NCBI GenBank assembly: GCA_016185625.1
Contig: JACPND010000007.1
Span: forward strand, 8,262 to 72,261
Origin: Candidatus Woesearchaeota archaeon
GTDB lineage: Archaea; Nanobdellota; Nanobdellia; Woesearchaeales; GW2011-AR9
Reading direction: 5' to 3'
Length of the DNA stretch: 64,000 bases
The notes beneath the pieces are model-generated. The model saw nothing but the letters and a program-made list of their open reading frames with translations. It searched no databases and was not told the origin of the DNA. Position numbers and translations under genes: made by a program. Every line of letters starts with the position of its first letter. Within the stretch, counting starts at the first letter, position 1. Positions 37,430 through 46,363 of this stretch are shown piece after piece.

Positions 37430-38659
37430 ATGCTCGGCCAGACTAAATTACTTCTTATCCCGTGCTCCGGGTTAGAAACGAAGACGCTCGCGGAAGAGAT
37501 CTATCAAATTCTCCATCAGGACTACGGGCTCGAAAATCAGGTTGAAATTCTGCTCAGTAAACGAATGGCAGAGGTAGATAAGGAAACTCCTAAAGCTCAT
37601 CGCCATCCCTTGGTAAGCGATTCTTTTGCCGACCGCGAGGTGGATGTTGATATTGGCGCCAATCAATTAAAGGATGTTATCCGCGGCAAACATGTTGTTC
37701 TAGTTGAGCATTTATTGACGCCGTATCGGAAAGTGTCTCCGGAAGATTCTGACTCTGTTTCCGTCAATGATCATATCATGACCGTCCGCGGGTTTTTGGA
37801 AGTGATTGGAAATGTCGATACACTTCAGCGAACGCTGGCAACACCATATTTAGCCTATGTTCGGTCTCATAGCGTTGAAAAATATCAAAAGAGAGGATTT
37901 TATCAGTTTGACTCTTTGCGGTTAATGTTGCAGGATCTTCAGAAAGGCGGTTTGGACGTTTTAGCCACCATTGATCCTCATTCCCTGAAAGCAGCACAAC
38001 TGGCAGAAGAATTAGGCATGGCTTTTCATATCGCAAATCCGTTCCAGTCCGGGAGGGCAATAAATCCTTATAAACTGGGCCTATCTGGAGAAAAATCGAG
38101 AGAAATCATAAAACGTCTACGGCCATTCCATGAGTTGATCGTCAGGTTAAAAGAGCAACAAAGTGCGCAGCATCTCTATTTTGTCTCTGTTGACGACGGC
38201 ACCGAGCACCGTGTAGAGAATGTGGTTGATAGAGCTTTTCCCAAAATTCCATCAGAAGAAGCTTATGCACTTCTTGCCTACTTTGAAAAAGACCGATTCT
38301 CTTACGATGGTGCCACGTCTCGGTTTAAGCCATTTAGTCCTATTAAAGAAAGTAATATTGATAAAGAAGGAACGTATATCATCATTGACGACATGTTTGC
38401 CAGTGGCAGCACCGCCATGAAAGCGGCTAAGATATTCAAGGAACATGGCGCCAAGCAAGTCGTTGGCTGGATGAGTCATGCCGTGACTACGCCTCTACAG
38501 CATAGGACCGCTAATGATAGAAAATATTTAGATAAAGTTGTCTGTTTGGATACTGTCCCGCAGCATCCCGATTTGAACGTAGAATATATTAAAGCCAGCG
38601 CTGATCTTTTGGCTGCCGAATTATACAAAGCGCATCAGAAATTAGTGGCATCACGTTGA
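37430..38659 (+). CDS. phosphoribosyltransferase-domain protein, ribose-phosphate pyrophosphokinase-like (divergent, 409 aa)
   Basis: TYIIIDDMFASGSTAMKAAKIFKEHGA is a PRPP-binding motif. Confidence 0.5.
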   Translation: MLGQTKLLLIPCSGLETKTLAEEIYQILHQDYGLENQVEILLSKRMAEVDKETPKAHRHPLVSDSFADREVDVDIGANQLKDVIRGKHVVLVEHLLTPYRKVSPEDSDSVSVNDHIMTVRGFLEVIGNVDTLQRTLATPYLAYVRSHSVEKYQKRGFYQFDSLRLMLQDLQKGGLDVLATIDPHSLKAAQLAEELGMAFHIANPFQSGRAINPYKLGLSGEKSREIIKRLRPFHELIVRLKEQQSAQHLYFVSVDDGTEHRVENVVDRAFPKIPSEEAYALLAYFEKDRFSYDGATSRFKPFSPIKESNIDKEGTYIIIDDMFASGSTAMKAAKIFKEHGAKQVVGWMSHAVTTPLQHRTANDRKYLDKVVCLDTVPQHPDLNVEYIKASADLLAAELYKAHQKLVASR

Positions 38660-38665
38660 GATCTG

Positions 38666-38804
38666 ATAAAACTCCATCTCATCCGTCTTCTCGTCCACAA
38701 AGATATTTTCCTCTTTCGTCTTTACTTCCTGCTCCCCCTTTACTTCCGACTTCCTCTTATCCGCTGTCCCCTTTCCGCTTAATCCCACCTGCGGCGTCTT
38801 CTTC
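38666..38804 (+). repeat. 139-bp direct repeat, copy 1 (attL-like): duplicate of the 3' coding end of the TYW1 gene
   Basis: It differs from 42197-42335 at 3 positions. It lies in an intergenic position immediately after the stop of the 37430-38659 gene. Confidence 0.85.
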
Positions 38805-38870
38805 CAATAATATTAAAAGGAATCAGGGAGTAATGTTTTTAATGGAGTGGTGTATTTGTAGGTTAAGAAG

Positions 38871-39941
38871 GTGTTACCTATGCTTTTAGCCAAAAATAAA
38901 GAGTATCTTCAACTATTGCACGAGATTAAAGTTAGGGTTAGGTCTGCTCAGATAAAGGCAGCGATTTCTGTCAATAAAGAGCTTATCGGCTTGTATTGGG
39001 ATGTTGGTAGAATGATCACTGAAAGACAAGCAAAGGGTAAATGGGGGGATTCGATCGTAGATATGCTTGCTGGTGATTTGAGACGAGAATTCCCAGATAT
39101 GAAAGGGTTCTCCAGAGCAAATATCTTCAATATTCGTCAATGGTATCTTTATTATTCAGCTGTAGATGAAAAAGTCCAACAACTTGTTAGACAATTGCCA
39201 TGGGGTCATAATATGGTTATCGTTAACAAAATAAAAGACTCTCAAGAAGCTATTTTCTATATCAACGAGACTATTAGAAATAATTGGTCAAGAAATGTTT
39301 TAATTCACCAAATCGAAAGTGGATTATATCAAAGAAAAGGTAAAGTTTTGCATAATTTTGAGGCTACATTACCAGCACCTCAATCAGATTTAGCACGGCA
39401 AACACTGAAAGACCCCTATATTTTTGATTTTCTTTCACTTGAAGAAGAGGCACAGGAAAGGGAAATTGAAAAAGAATTGACAAAGCACATCACAAAATTT
39501 TTGCTGGAATTAGGTGCCGGTTTTTCATTTGTGGGAAGCCAGTATCCTCTGGAAATATCGGGAAAGGATTATTACCTTGACTTGCTTTTTTACCATCTCA
39601 AATTACGCTGTTTTGTGATTATTGAACTGAAAGCAGGAGAGTTTAAGCCGGAATATGCCGGAAAACTGAATTTTTATCTCTCTGCTGTTGATAAAACATT
39701 GAAACAAGAAGGGGATAAACCGTCCATAGGGATTATTTTGTGTAAAACAAGAGACAAGGTGATAGCGGAATATGCTCTCAAAGATATGAGTAAGCCTATG
39801 GGTGTTTCTGAATATAAAATAGTTCGTGCTATTCCTGAGAAACTAAAAACGAGCTTGCCGACGATTGATGAACTGGAGAAAGAATTGTCAAAGAATGATG
39901 AGATACAAAAATCAATTAAGAGAAAGAAACAAAACAAATAA
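38871..39941 (+). CDS. DUF1016/YhcG-family PDDEXK nuclease
   Basis: The N-terminal EYLQLLHEIKVRVRSAQIKAAISVNKELIGLYWDVGRMI...GWGDSIVDMLAGDLRREFPDMKGFSRANIFNIRQWY is the characteristic YhcG N-domain. The C-terminal region is the PDDEXK part (D...ELK). Confidence 0.65.
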   Translation: MLPMLLAKNKEYLQLLHEIKVRVRSAQIKAAISVNKELIGLYWDVGRMITERQAKGKWGDSIVDMLAGDLRREFPDMKGFSRANIFNIRQWYLYYSAVDEKVQQLVRQLPWGHNMVIVNKIKDSQEAIFYINETIRNNWSRNVLIHQIESGLYQRKGKVLHNFEATLPAPQSDLARQTLKDPYIFDFLSLEEEAQEREIEKELTKHITKFLLELGAGFSFVGSQYPLEISGKDYYLDLLFYHLKLRCFVIIELKAGEFKPEYAGKLNFYLSAVDKTLKQEGDKPSIGIILCKTRDKVIAEYALKDMSKPMGVSEYKIVRAIPEKLKTSLPTIDELEKELSKNDEIQKSIKRKKQNK

Positions 39942-39945
39942 GGAC

Positions 39946-41988
39946 ATGAAAAATGCAGTTATTAAGTGGTTTAAAGAAATAGGTAAAAATGATACGTCAA
40001 GTGCTGGGGGGAAGGGCGCATCTCTAGGGGAGATGACTAGCACAGGAATTCCTGTTCCTCCTGGTTTTGTAATTCTTGCTGATGTGTTTGAACAATTTCT
40101 CCACGAAGCTAAAATTCATACCCAAATCGATGCCATTCTTCACAAAGTTGATCATCGCGCAATGCATACAGTAGAGCAAGCGTCAGAAGAAATTAAAGCT
40201 CTTGTTATGAATGGAGAGATGTCGAAGAAGATTACACAAGAGATTCTTACTGCGTTTAAGAAATTAGATGTGCCGTTTGTTGCAGTCCGTTCTTCTGCTA
40301 CGGCTGAGGATAGCTCCATTGCGGCATGGGCTGGGCAGTTAGAAAGCTACCTCAATACAACCAAAGAAAATCTCTTAGAGAATGTGAAGAAATGTTGGGC
40401 TTCGTTGTTCACCCCAAGAGCTATATTTTACCGATTTGAACAAAATTTGCACGAGCAGCATATCTCTGTTGCGGTTGTTGTCCAGAAGATGGTGGAGTCA
40501 GAAGTTTCTGGAATCGCTTTTTCTGTCCATCCCGTGACGCAGGACAAAAATCAGCTCATTATTGAGGCAGGATTTGGATTGGGGGAGGCTATAGTTTCTG
40601 GACAAATTACGCCGGATAGTTATGTCATGGAAAAGAAAAATTGGAAAATTATTGAAAAGAGTGTTTCTACCCAAACCAAAGCACTCTACAAAAGCAAAAG
40701 TAGGGGCAATGAATGGAGAGAAATTTCTGGAAGTGGACAAAAGCTTTCCGATGCTCAGATTATAGAATTGTCAAAATTGGTGGTCAAAATAGAGCAGCAT
40801 TATAGTTTTCCGGTAGATGTGGAGTGGGCTTTGGAAAGAGGGAAGTTTTATGTTGTGCAGAGCAGACCGATAACAATGTTAATAGATAAAAAAGAGAGTT
40901 TAAAACAGTTTAACAAAGAAAATTATCTGTTAAGCTTTTGGGTTCAAGGAGTGAGTGTTTTTGTGACTGATATTCATTTAGATGTGTACAAAAATCTTGA
41001 AGTGCTTTTTATTATTGATAGTGGTATGTTTAAACAATACTTTACTAAAGCAGCTTATGAACGAGCACTTGATGAAGGACTTCGTTTTTATAACGACAAG
41101 AAAACATTTCAAAATTATAAAAAAGATTTAACTTTGGATTGTGATCGGTTTAAGACATTTTTTGAACTGAAAATAAAAAATAAAGAAACTCTTTCGCGTG
41201 AAATTGTTAGTACTTTCTTTGATTATACTAAAAAGTTATGCGGCGACTATACCAAAATGAATTTTGAGTTTACTGATAAAGCTTATTCTCATCAAGATGA
41301 GAATCCCATCATTAAGAAGAATCTTTCTGGTGTTACACAATTTAAAGATCAAATACGAGCGTTCATGAATACGGTTTTATTTGAGCCGGAGGGGTATTCT
41401 ACTCATTTTTTCAAGATACTTGGCAAACAGTTTAGTCTTTCTTCCCTCTTATTTAATAATCTAACCCAAAAAGAAATTCTTGGTTTGTTTGATGGGAAGA
41501 AACCTGTTGATTCAATTGTTTTGAAAAGACAAGAGGCGTTTGTTGAAAGTTATAACATTGATGGTTTTTATGAAGGAAGTGATGCTGAAAATATCATTAG
41601 AGAATTTAAAGAAGAGGTAATTTATTCTGATATTATAAAAGGAAATGTTGCAAGTAGAGGTAGAGTGACTGGAACAGTGAAGATAATTCCTGTGGATTAC
41701 AGTGATTTAGATCGTGTTCATGCTGAAATTGAGAAAATGAAAAAAGGAGATATTCTTGTGGCAGAAACCACTGCTCCAGAATTGATCATTGCTTGTAAAA
41801 AAGCAGGGGCAATTGTAACTGATATGGGTGGTCTTATGTCTCATGCAGCGATTGTTAGTCGAGAGTTCGGAATTCCTTGTATTGTTGGGACAAAAAATGC
41901 TTCAAAAATCCTTAAGGATGGAGATCGTATAGAAGTGGATGCTACAAAAGGAATAGTTAAAGTCATTTCCCAGATTCCCCGCTCGTAG
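39946..41988 (+). CDS. PEP-utilizing-enzyme family protein: PPDK-N/ATP-grasp domain plus C-terminal phosphohistidine swivel domain, lacking the PEP/pyruvate TIM domain (rifampin-phosphotransferase-like architecture)
   Basis: N-terminal KWFKEIGKNDTSSAGGKGASLGEM; C-terminal GGLMSHAAIVSREFGIPCIVG; start set to MKNAV, 4 nt after the YhcG stop. Confidence 0.65.
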   Translation: MKNAVIKWFKEIGKNDTSSAGGKGASLGEMTSTGIPVPPGFVILADVFEQFLHEAKIHTQIDAILHKVDHRAMHTVEQASEEIKALVMNGEMSKKITQEILTAFKKLDVPFVAVRSSATAEDSSIAAWAGQLESYLNTTKENLLENVKKCWASLFTPRAIFYRFEQNLHEQHISVAVVVQKMVESEVSGIAFSVHPVTQDKNQLIIEAGFGLGEAIVSGQITPDSYVMEKKNWKIIEKSVSTQTKALYKSKSRGNEWREISGSGQKLSDAQIIELSKLVVKIEQHYSFPVDVEWALERGKFYVVQSRPITMLIDKKESLKQFNKENYLLSFWVQGVSVFVTDIHLDVYKNLEVLFIIDSGMFKQYFTKAAYERALDEGLRFYNDKKTFQNYKKDLTLDCDRFKTFFELKIKNKETLSREIVSTFFDYTKKLCGDYTKMNFEFTDKAYSHQDENPIIKKNLSGVTQFKDQIRAFMNTVLFEPEGYSTHFFKILGKQFSLSSLLFNNLTQKEILGLFDGKKPVDSIVLKRQEAFVESYNIDGFYEGSDAENIIREFKEEVIYSDIIKGNVASRGRVTGTVKIIPVDYSDLDRVHAEIEKMKKGDILVAETTAPELIIACKKAGAIVTDMGGLMSHAAIVSREFGIPCIVGTKNASKILKDGDRIEVDATKGIVKVISQIPRS

Positions 41989-42163
41989 TCAATGCCAAAA
42001 AATTTTGGTGAAGCGTTAGCGAAACCGTTTAGTCAAGGTTAGAGGAAGTTAGTAATTTCATTATTCTCGTTTTTATCAACTAAACGAAAGCACCAACCAT
42101 CAAAATTTCCAGTAGTAGCGAAGCGTGCGTACTTGTTAAAGCGTTGAAAAAATTGAATATAGC

Positions 42164-43342
42164 CTATCTTATCTGCACTAATTCTTCTGCCTCCCCATAA
42201 AACTCCATCTCATCCGTCTTCTCGTCCACAAAGATATTTTCCTCTTTCGTCTTTACTTCCTGCTCCCCCTTTACTTCCGACTTCCTCTTATCTACTGTCC
42301 CTTTTCCGCTTAATCCCACCTGCGGCGTCTTCTTCAGGTAATCGTCAGTGGTAAATTCTTTCCCCGAAGCAGCCAGCTCATGAAACTTCTCAAAATCTAT
42401 CCAAGTATGCCAGACCCCATTCTTCTTGAATTTCTTTTTGGCCAGCATCACCACGCGGGATGGAAGATGTTCTGACACTATTTCATATTCGGGAAGATGG
42501 ATCACTAAATCTTTACAGAATTCCACGATCTCTTCATGCAGCGGCATATTCTCCCGCTTCAATCGCTGCTGCGACGGGCCGACATGCATATAGCTTTTCA
42601 CTTCAATGAAATCAGGAAAGCCTTTCATAATCAGCTCAGCATATTTGTCCAGAAGAACATCATTGATTCCTTTAATCACCGTCAGCCGGATGCACGTCCG
42701 CTGCTTTTTCCGAGATAAGTATTCCAGCGACTGGATCATCCTCTCCCAAAAATCAGGAAACAAAGGCACATCTACTTCTTTCAGCAGTTCTTTTGTCGGC
42801 GCATCCACGCTGCAATATAATTGTGTTATCGGCTTCAGGTTCTTGATGTGCTCGGGATACTGCGAGTTCGTCACCAGGAACGTGGAAACCTTATTCTGAT
42901 GGAACATCTCCACTAATTCGTTCATGCGAGGATAGGTGATCGGCTCCCCGGTGAGCGAGAGCGCCACATGGCGTACCTCTTTGGATTTCTGATACGCTGC
43001 TTTGTTCGCCTTCTCCGAGCCGCCAAAACCCACCAATAGTTTATGATGCGCACAGAGACTTTCTTTAAAGATCAACTCCGGATCATCCACGTCCCATTTC
43101 CAGTCCTTGGAAACAGGCGCTTTATAGCCTCGCCAGCAGAAGGTGCAGCGATTCGCACAGCTGATCGAGGTGGTCATCTGCATGCACTGGTTGCTCATGA
43201 TGCCATAGAACTTCAACTTGTAGCAGCCGCCCTGGCCATTGATCATGTTCTTGGTCCAGCCGCAGGTTTTGACCGCGCTGTGGCTGCCAATGATGCGATA
43301 CTGCTGTTTTTCCAGTTCGGCGCGGGCGGCGGGAGTGAGCAT
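42164..43342 (-). CDS. taw1: tRNA 4-demethylwyosine synthase TYW1/Taw1 (radical SAM) with a K/E-rich C-terminal tail
   Basis: CANRCTFCW cluster and the TYW1 fold; the last ~55 codons lie within the direct repeat. Confidence 0.75.
   Translation of the reverse strand: MLTPAARAELEKQQYRIIGSHSAVKTCGWTKNMINGQGGCYKLKFYGIMSNQCMQMTTSISCANRCTFCWRGYKAPVSKDWKWDVDDPELIFKESLCAHHKLLVGFGGSEKANKAAYQKSKEVRHVALSLTGEPITYPRMNELVEMFHQNKVSTFLVTNSQYPEHIKNLKPITQLYCSVDAPTKELLKEVDVPLFPDFWERMIQSLEYLSRKKQRTCIRLTVIKGINDVLLDKYAELIMKGFPDFIEVKSYMHVGPSQQRLKRENMPLHEEIVEFCKDLVIHLPEYEIVSEHLPSRVVMLAKKKFKKNGVWHTWIDFEKFHELAASGKEFTTDDYLKKTPQVGLSGKGTVDKRKSEVKGEQEVKTKEENIFVDEKTDEMEFYGEAEELVQIR
42197..42335 (+). repeat. 139-bp direct repeat, copy 2 (attR-like), inside the 3' coding end of the TYW1 gene
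   Basis: See copy 1. Confidence 0.85.
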
Positions 43343-43633
43343 GATGATTGTTTTTCAGGGGAATCTTTATAAAAATTTGCTCTTTCTTCAGCTGTATGGA
43401 TACAAAATCAAAAAAGGCGACAAAATTGTACAAAAAAGAACACCGACAAAATGAGATTGCAGCAGAAGCACTTAAAGATTTACGCAAAGGCCACAACTTC
43501 GGTAAACTACTCTACACTAAAAGAGAGGAATTATACGACCGACCATGATCCTTTCTTGCACCCCGAACGAGCTATGCACATACCCTGCTTATCTCTGTGA
43601 TAAATGCTTTGATAAATCGTTTTTTCCGGAGGA

Positions 43634-43897
43634 TTGATTATGGAACAGCAGATAACCACTAAACTCAAGAAAACCTTTGAAGATTACGCACAAGAAGCTG
43701 AGGGGATAGAATTCTGGTTTGCCCGAGAGCATGTCCAGAATAATACAGATGTTAGAAAGCTTCTTGCTAAAAGCGGCATTAAACCAGAAGAATTGCTTCC
43801 TGAAAAAGATCTTCAAAAAATGCAAAGAAAGGTAAAATCTGAGGAAGAGAAGATTGCCGAATCTTCAAAGAGAAAGATGCAAAAGAGGTTAGGATAA
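43634..43897 (+). CDS. small protein (87 aa), weak DinD/Bro-N-like N-terminus
   Basis: EGIEFWFAREH is reminiscent of the DinD-like motif; low confidence. Confidence 0.25.
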   Translation: MIMEQQITTKLKKTFEDYAQEAEGIEFWFAREHVQNNTDVRKLLAKSGIKPEELLPEKDLQKMQRKVKSEEEKIAESSKRKMQKRLG

Positions 43898-44731
43898 ATG
43901 CCCCTTTCCCTCCTCTTCGGTTCCGCAGGAATTCCCTTATCCACTCCCAAGCCCGATACACTTACCGGCATTCAGCACGTTCGTAAACTGGGCTTAGATG
44001 CCATGGAACTGGAGTTTGTGCGCTCGGTTCATGTCAGTGAAGAAAAAGCTCCTCTGGTCAAAGAAGCAGCGAAACGAAATAACGTCACCTTAACCTGCCA
44101 CGGCCAATATTTTGTCAACCTCAATGCTCAGACAGAGAAAACTTTGCAGGAAAGCGTGCGGCGGATTCTGGAAGCGAGCCGACGAGCACATCAAGCCGGA
44201 GCCTGGAGCATCTGCTATCATATGGCCTATTACATGAAAGATGACCCGGAGAAAGTATTTCAGAAAGTTAAAGTGCAGGCAAAAAAAATCGTCCAGCAGC
44301 TGAAAAATGAGGGAAATGCCATCTGGCTGCGTCCCGAGACGGGCGGAAAAATAGCACAATTCGGCGACATCGACGCGTTAGTCAAATTGAGCCAGGAAGT
44401 AGAGCAAGTCTTGCCCTGTATCGATTGGGCGCATCATTATGCCCGAAGTTTGGGAAAAGTGAACAGCTATGAACAGTTTGCTGAAATCTTAGCGAAAATA
44501 GAGAAAGGATTAGGACGACAAGCTCTCGATAATATGCACATGCATCTGGAAGGCATAGCGTATACCGATAAAGGCGAACGCAATCATCTGACTGTTGCGG
44601 AGTGCGATTTTAAGTATAAAGAAGTATTAAGAGCACTAAAAGATTTCAAATGCAAAGGAGTTCTTATTTCCGAGAGTCCCAATGTTGAAGAGGATGGATT
44701 GCTGTTCAAGAAAACCTTTGAAAAGCTATAA
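43898..44731 (+). CDS. AP-endonuclease family 2 / xylose-isomerase-like TIM-barrel protein (endonuclease IV-like)
   Basis: TCHGQYFVNL, LRPETGG, WAHHYAR and MHMHLEGI align with Endo IV metal-binding motifs. Confidence 0.5.
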   Translation: MPLSLLFGSAGIPLSTPKPDTLTGIQHVRKLGLDAMELEFVRSVHVSEEKAPLVKEAAKRNNVTLTCHGQYFVNLNAQTEKTLQESVRRILEASRRAHQAGAWSICYHMAYYMKDDPEKVFQKVKVQAKKIVQQLKNEGNAIWLRPETGGKIAQFGDIDALVKLSQEVEQVLPCIDWAHHYARSLGKVNSYEQFAEILAKIEKGLGRQALDNMHMHLEGIAYTDKGERNHLTVAECDFKYKEVLRALKDFKCKGVLISESPNVEEDGLLFKKTFEKL

Positions 44732-44749
44732 ATACTAAATAGCTCTTTT

Positions 44750-44938
44750 TTGAGTATGCCCTGCCCCAAATGCCATTCCGTCAAAGTACAGGTCACGGAA
44801 CACAACGGCCTTTCCTTCGTCAAATGCCGTCAATGCGGCTATGATGAACTGGAAGAAAGTTACGTTCCGGCACAGAAAACCAGCCAGCGGGAGAAAGCAC
44901 GCTACACCCCGTACAAAGCCGGGAGGAAGGTCAAATAA
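44750..44938 (+). CDS. zinc-ribbon protein (62 aa), NMD3-like N-terminal part
   Basis: CPKCH...CRQCG; its stop overlaps the start of the next ORF (TAATG). Confidence 0.4.
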   Translation: MSMPCPKCHSVKVQVTEHNGLSFVKCRQCGYDELEESYVPAQKTSQREKARYTPYKAGRKVK

Positions 44939-45387
44939 TGGTCAAAGATATGACCGGAAAACGCCACGAGTACTTTGAAGCTATTTTACAGCTGCGCGAA
45001 GTTTCTGAAGAAATCGAGGACTTTGCCTACGATGAAATCAAACGCCATAACATCCATATCGCCAAGACCGTGCAGATGAAGAATGGCTACGACATTTACT
45101 TGGCTGACTCCCCTTTTAGCAAATCGTTAGGAAAAAAACTCCAGCAGCAGTTTGGCGGCGAGTGTGTGACCACCGCCAGCATTTATGGAACCAAGGATGG
45201 CAAGGAGCAATATCGCATCACTATTTTATTTCGAGGATTGCCGTTCAGGAAAGGACAGAAAGTATCCTACCAAGGAGAAGAATACAAGGTGAAATTATTG
45301 GGAAAAGGGATACTACTTCAGCACATCCAGACGGGAGAGAAGGTTCATCTGAAATTTAGCGATGCGGAAAAGGTGAAAGTGGCATAG
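44938..45387 (+). CDS. NMD3-like domain protein (149 aa)
   Basis: KRHEYFEAILQLREV resembles the conserved NMD3 core; the gene appears split from its zinc-ribbon part. Confidence 0.35.
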   Translation: MVKDMTGKRHEYFEAILQLREVSEEIEDFAYDEIKRHNIHIAKTVQMKNGYDIYLADSPFSKSLGKKLQQQFGGECVTTASIYGTKDGKEQYRITILFRGLPFRKGQKVSYQGEEYKVKLLGKGILLQHIQTGEKVHLKFSDAEKVKVA

Positions 45388-45394
45388 GTTCTGA

Positions 45395-46363
45395 CTAATG
45401 TTTCAGCCCCAACATCTTTCTCAACTTCGGCATTTCCTTTTCCATCGCTGCTTCACCGATCTTGACAAATCTTTCCTGCTTATCAAAATCAAGCCAGTCC
45501 AATCCATCAAAAATAGGAGTTATCTTTACATCCACGTCAGCACGCTGCAATCGCTCCCAGGCCAGATTGTTGGTCAGCGCATTGAATGTTTCATACATCA
45601 CCTTCGTTATCATCGGCGGTTCTCTTCCGGCAGCAATCCGCAGCACTCGTGCGGGATAGAGCAACTTGTCAAACAGCCAGATCAACAACGTTCGCAGATA
45701 TTTTGGCCAATTCTCCGGGAAAAGCAGCTTTTTTACCTGTAATAATTCCGAGATGACAAACTGCTGCCGCCATTCACCGAGCAATGATTTCTCCTTGACT
45801 TCCGGCCCTTTGACGGCCTTGGTCTTAGTATACAGATCCACGGCAATGACGATGTCTGCGCCCATCGCTTTTACCACATCAAATGGCGTTGGATCGACCA
45901 CGCCGCCATCGATATACGTATGCCGGCCAACCCGGACAGGAGTGAAAATCCCCGGAATAGAGATGGATGCGCGAAGAGCCCGGGCGACATTTCCTTCCTG
46001 AAGAATGACTTTCTCTTGAGTGCTTAGATTATACGCTACAATCCGCAGGGGAATGTCTAATTGTTTGAATTTCTTGTTAAAAACCAGCGTGCGCAAGCGC
46101 TGTTCCGCACGCTTGCCGCGGAGCAATCCTTCTTTCGGGATGGTAAAATCCACGATATGCTTCCAGTCCGTTTTCTTGAAAAGCTCTTCAATCTCTTCCG
46201 GCGTACGGCCGGCGGCATAGGTCGCTCCCACCACTGCGCCTACAGATGTCCCGGCGATGAAATCAGGATAGATCTTGTGCTGATGCAACACTTTCAGAAT
46301 TCCGATATGACAAATACCGCGGGCTCCGCCGGAACCCAATGCCAATCCTATTTTTTTACGCAC
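45395..46363 (-). CDS. patatin-like phospholipase
   Basis: GSGGARG (oxyanion), GTSVGA (GxSxG), and DGGVVD (catalytic Asp). Confidence 0.8.
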   Translation of the reverse strand: MRKKIGLALGSGGARGICHIGILKVLHQHKIYPDFIAGTSVGAVVGATYAAGRTPEEIEELFKKTDWKHIVDFTIPKEGLLRGKRAEQRLRTLVFNKKFKQLDIPLRIVAYNLSTQEKVILQEGNVARALRASISIPGIFTPVRVGRHTYIDGGVVDPTPFDVVKAMGADIVIAVDLYTKTKAVKGPEVKEKSLLGEWRQQFVISELLQVKKLLFPENWPKYLRTLLIWLFDKLLYPARVLRIAAGREPPMITKVMYETFNALTNNLAWERLQRADVDVKITPIFDGLDWLDFDKQERFVKIGEAAMEKEMPKLRKMLGLKH

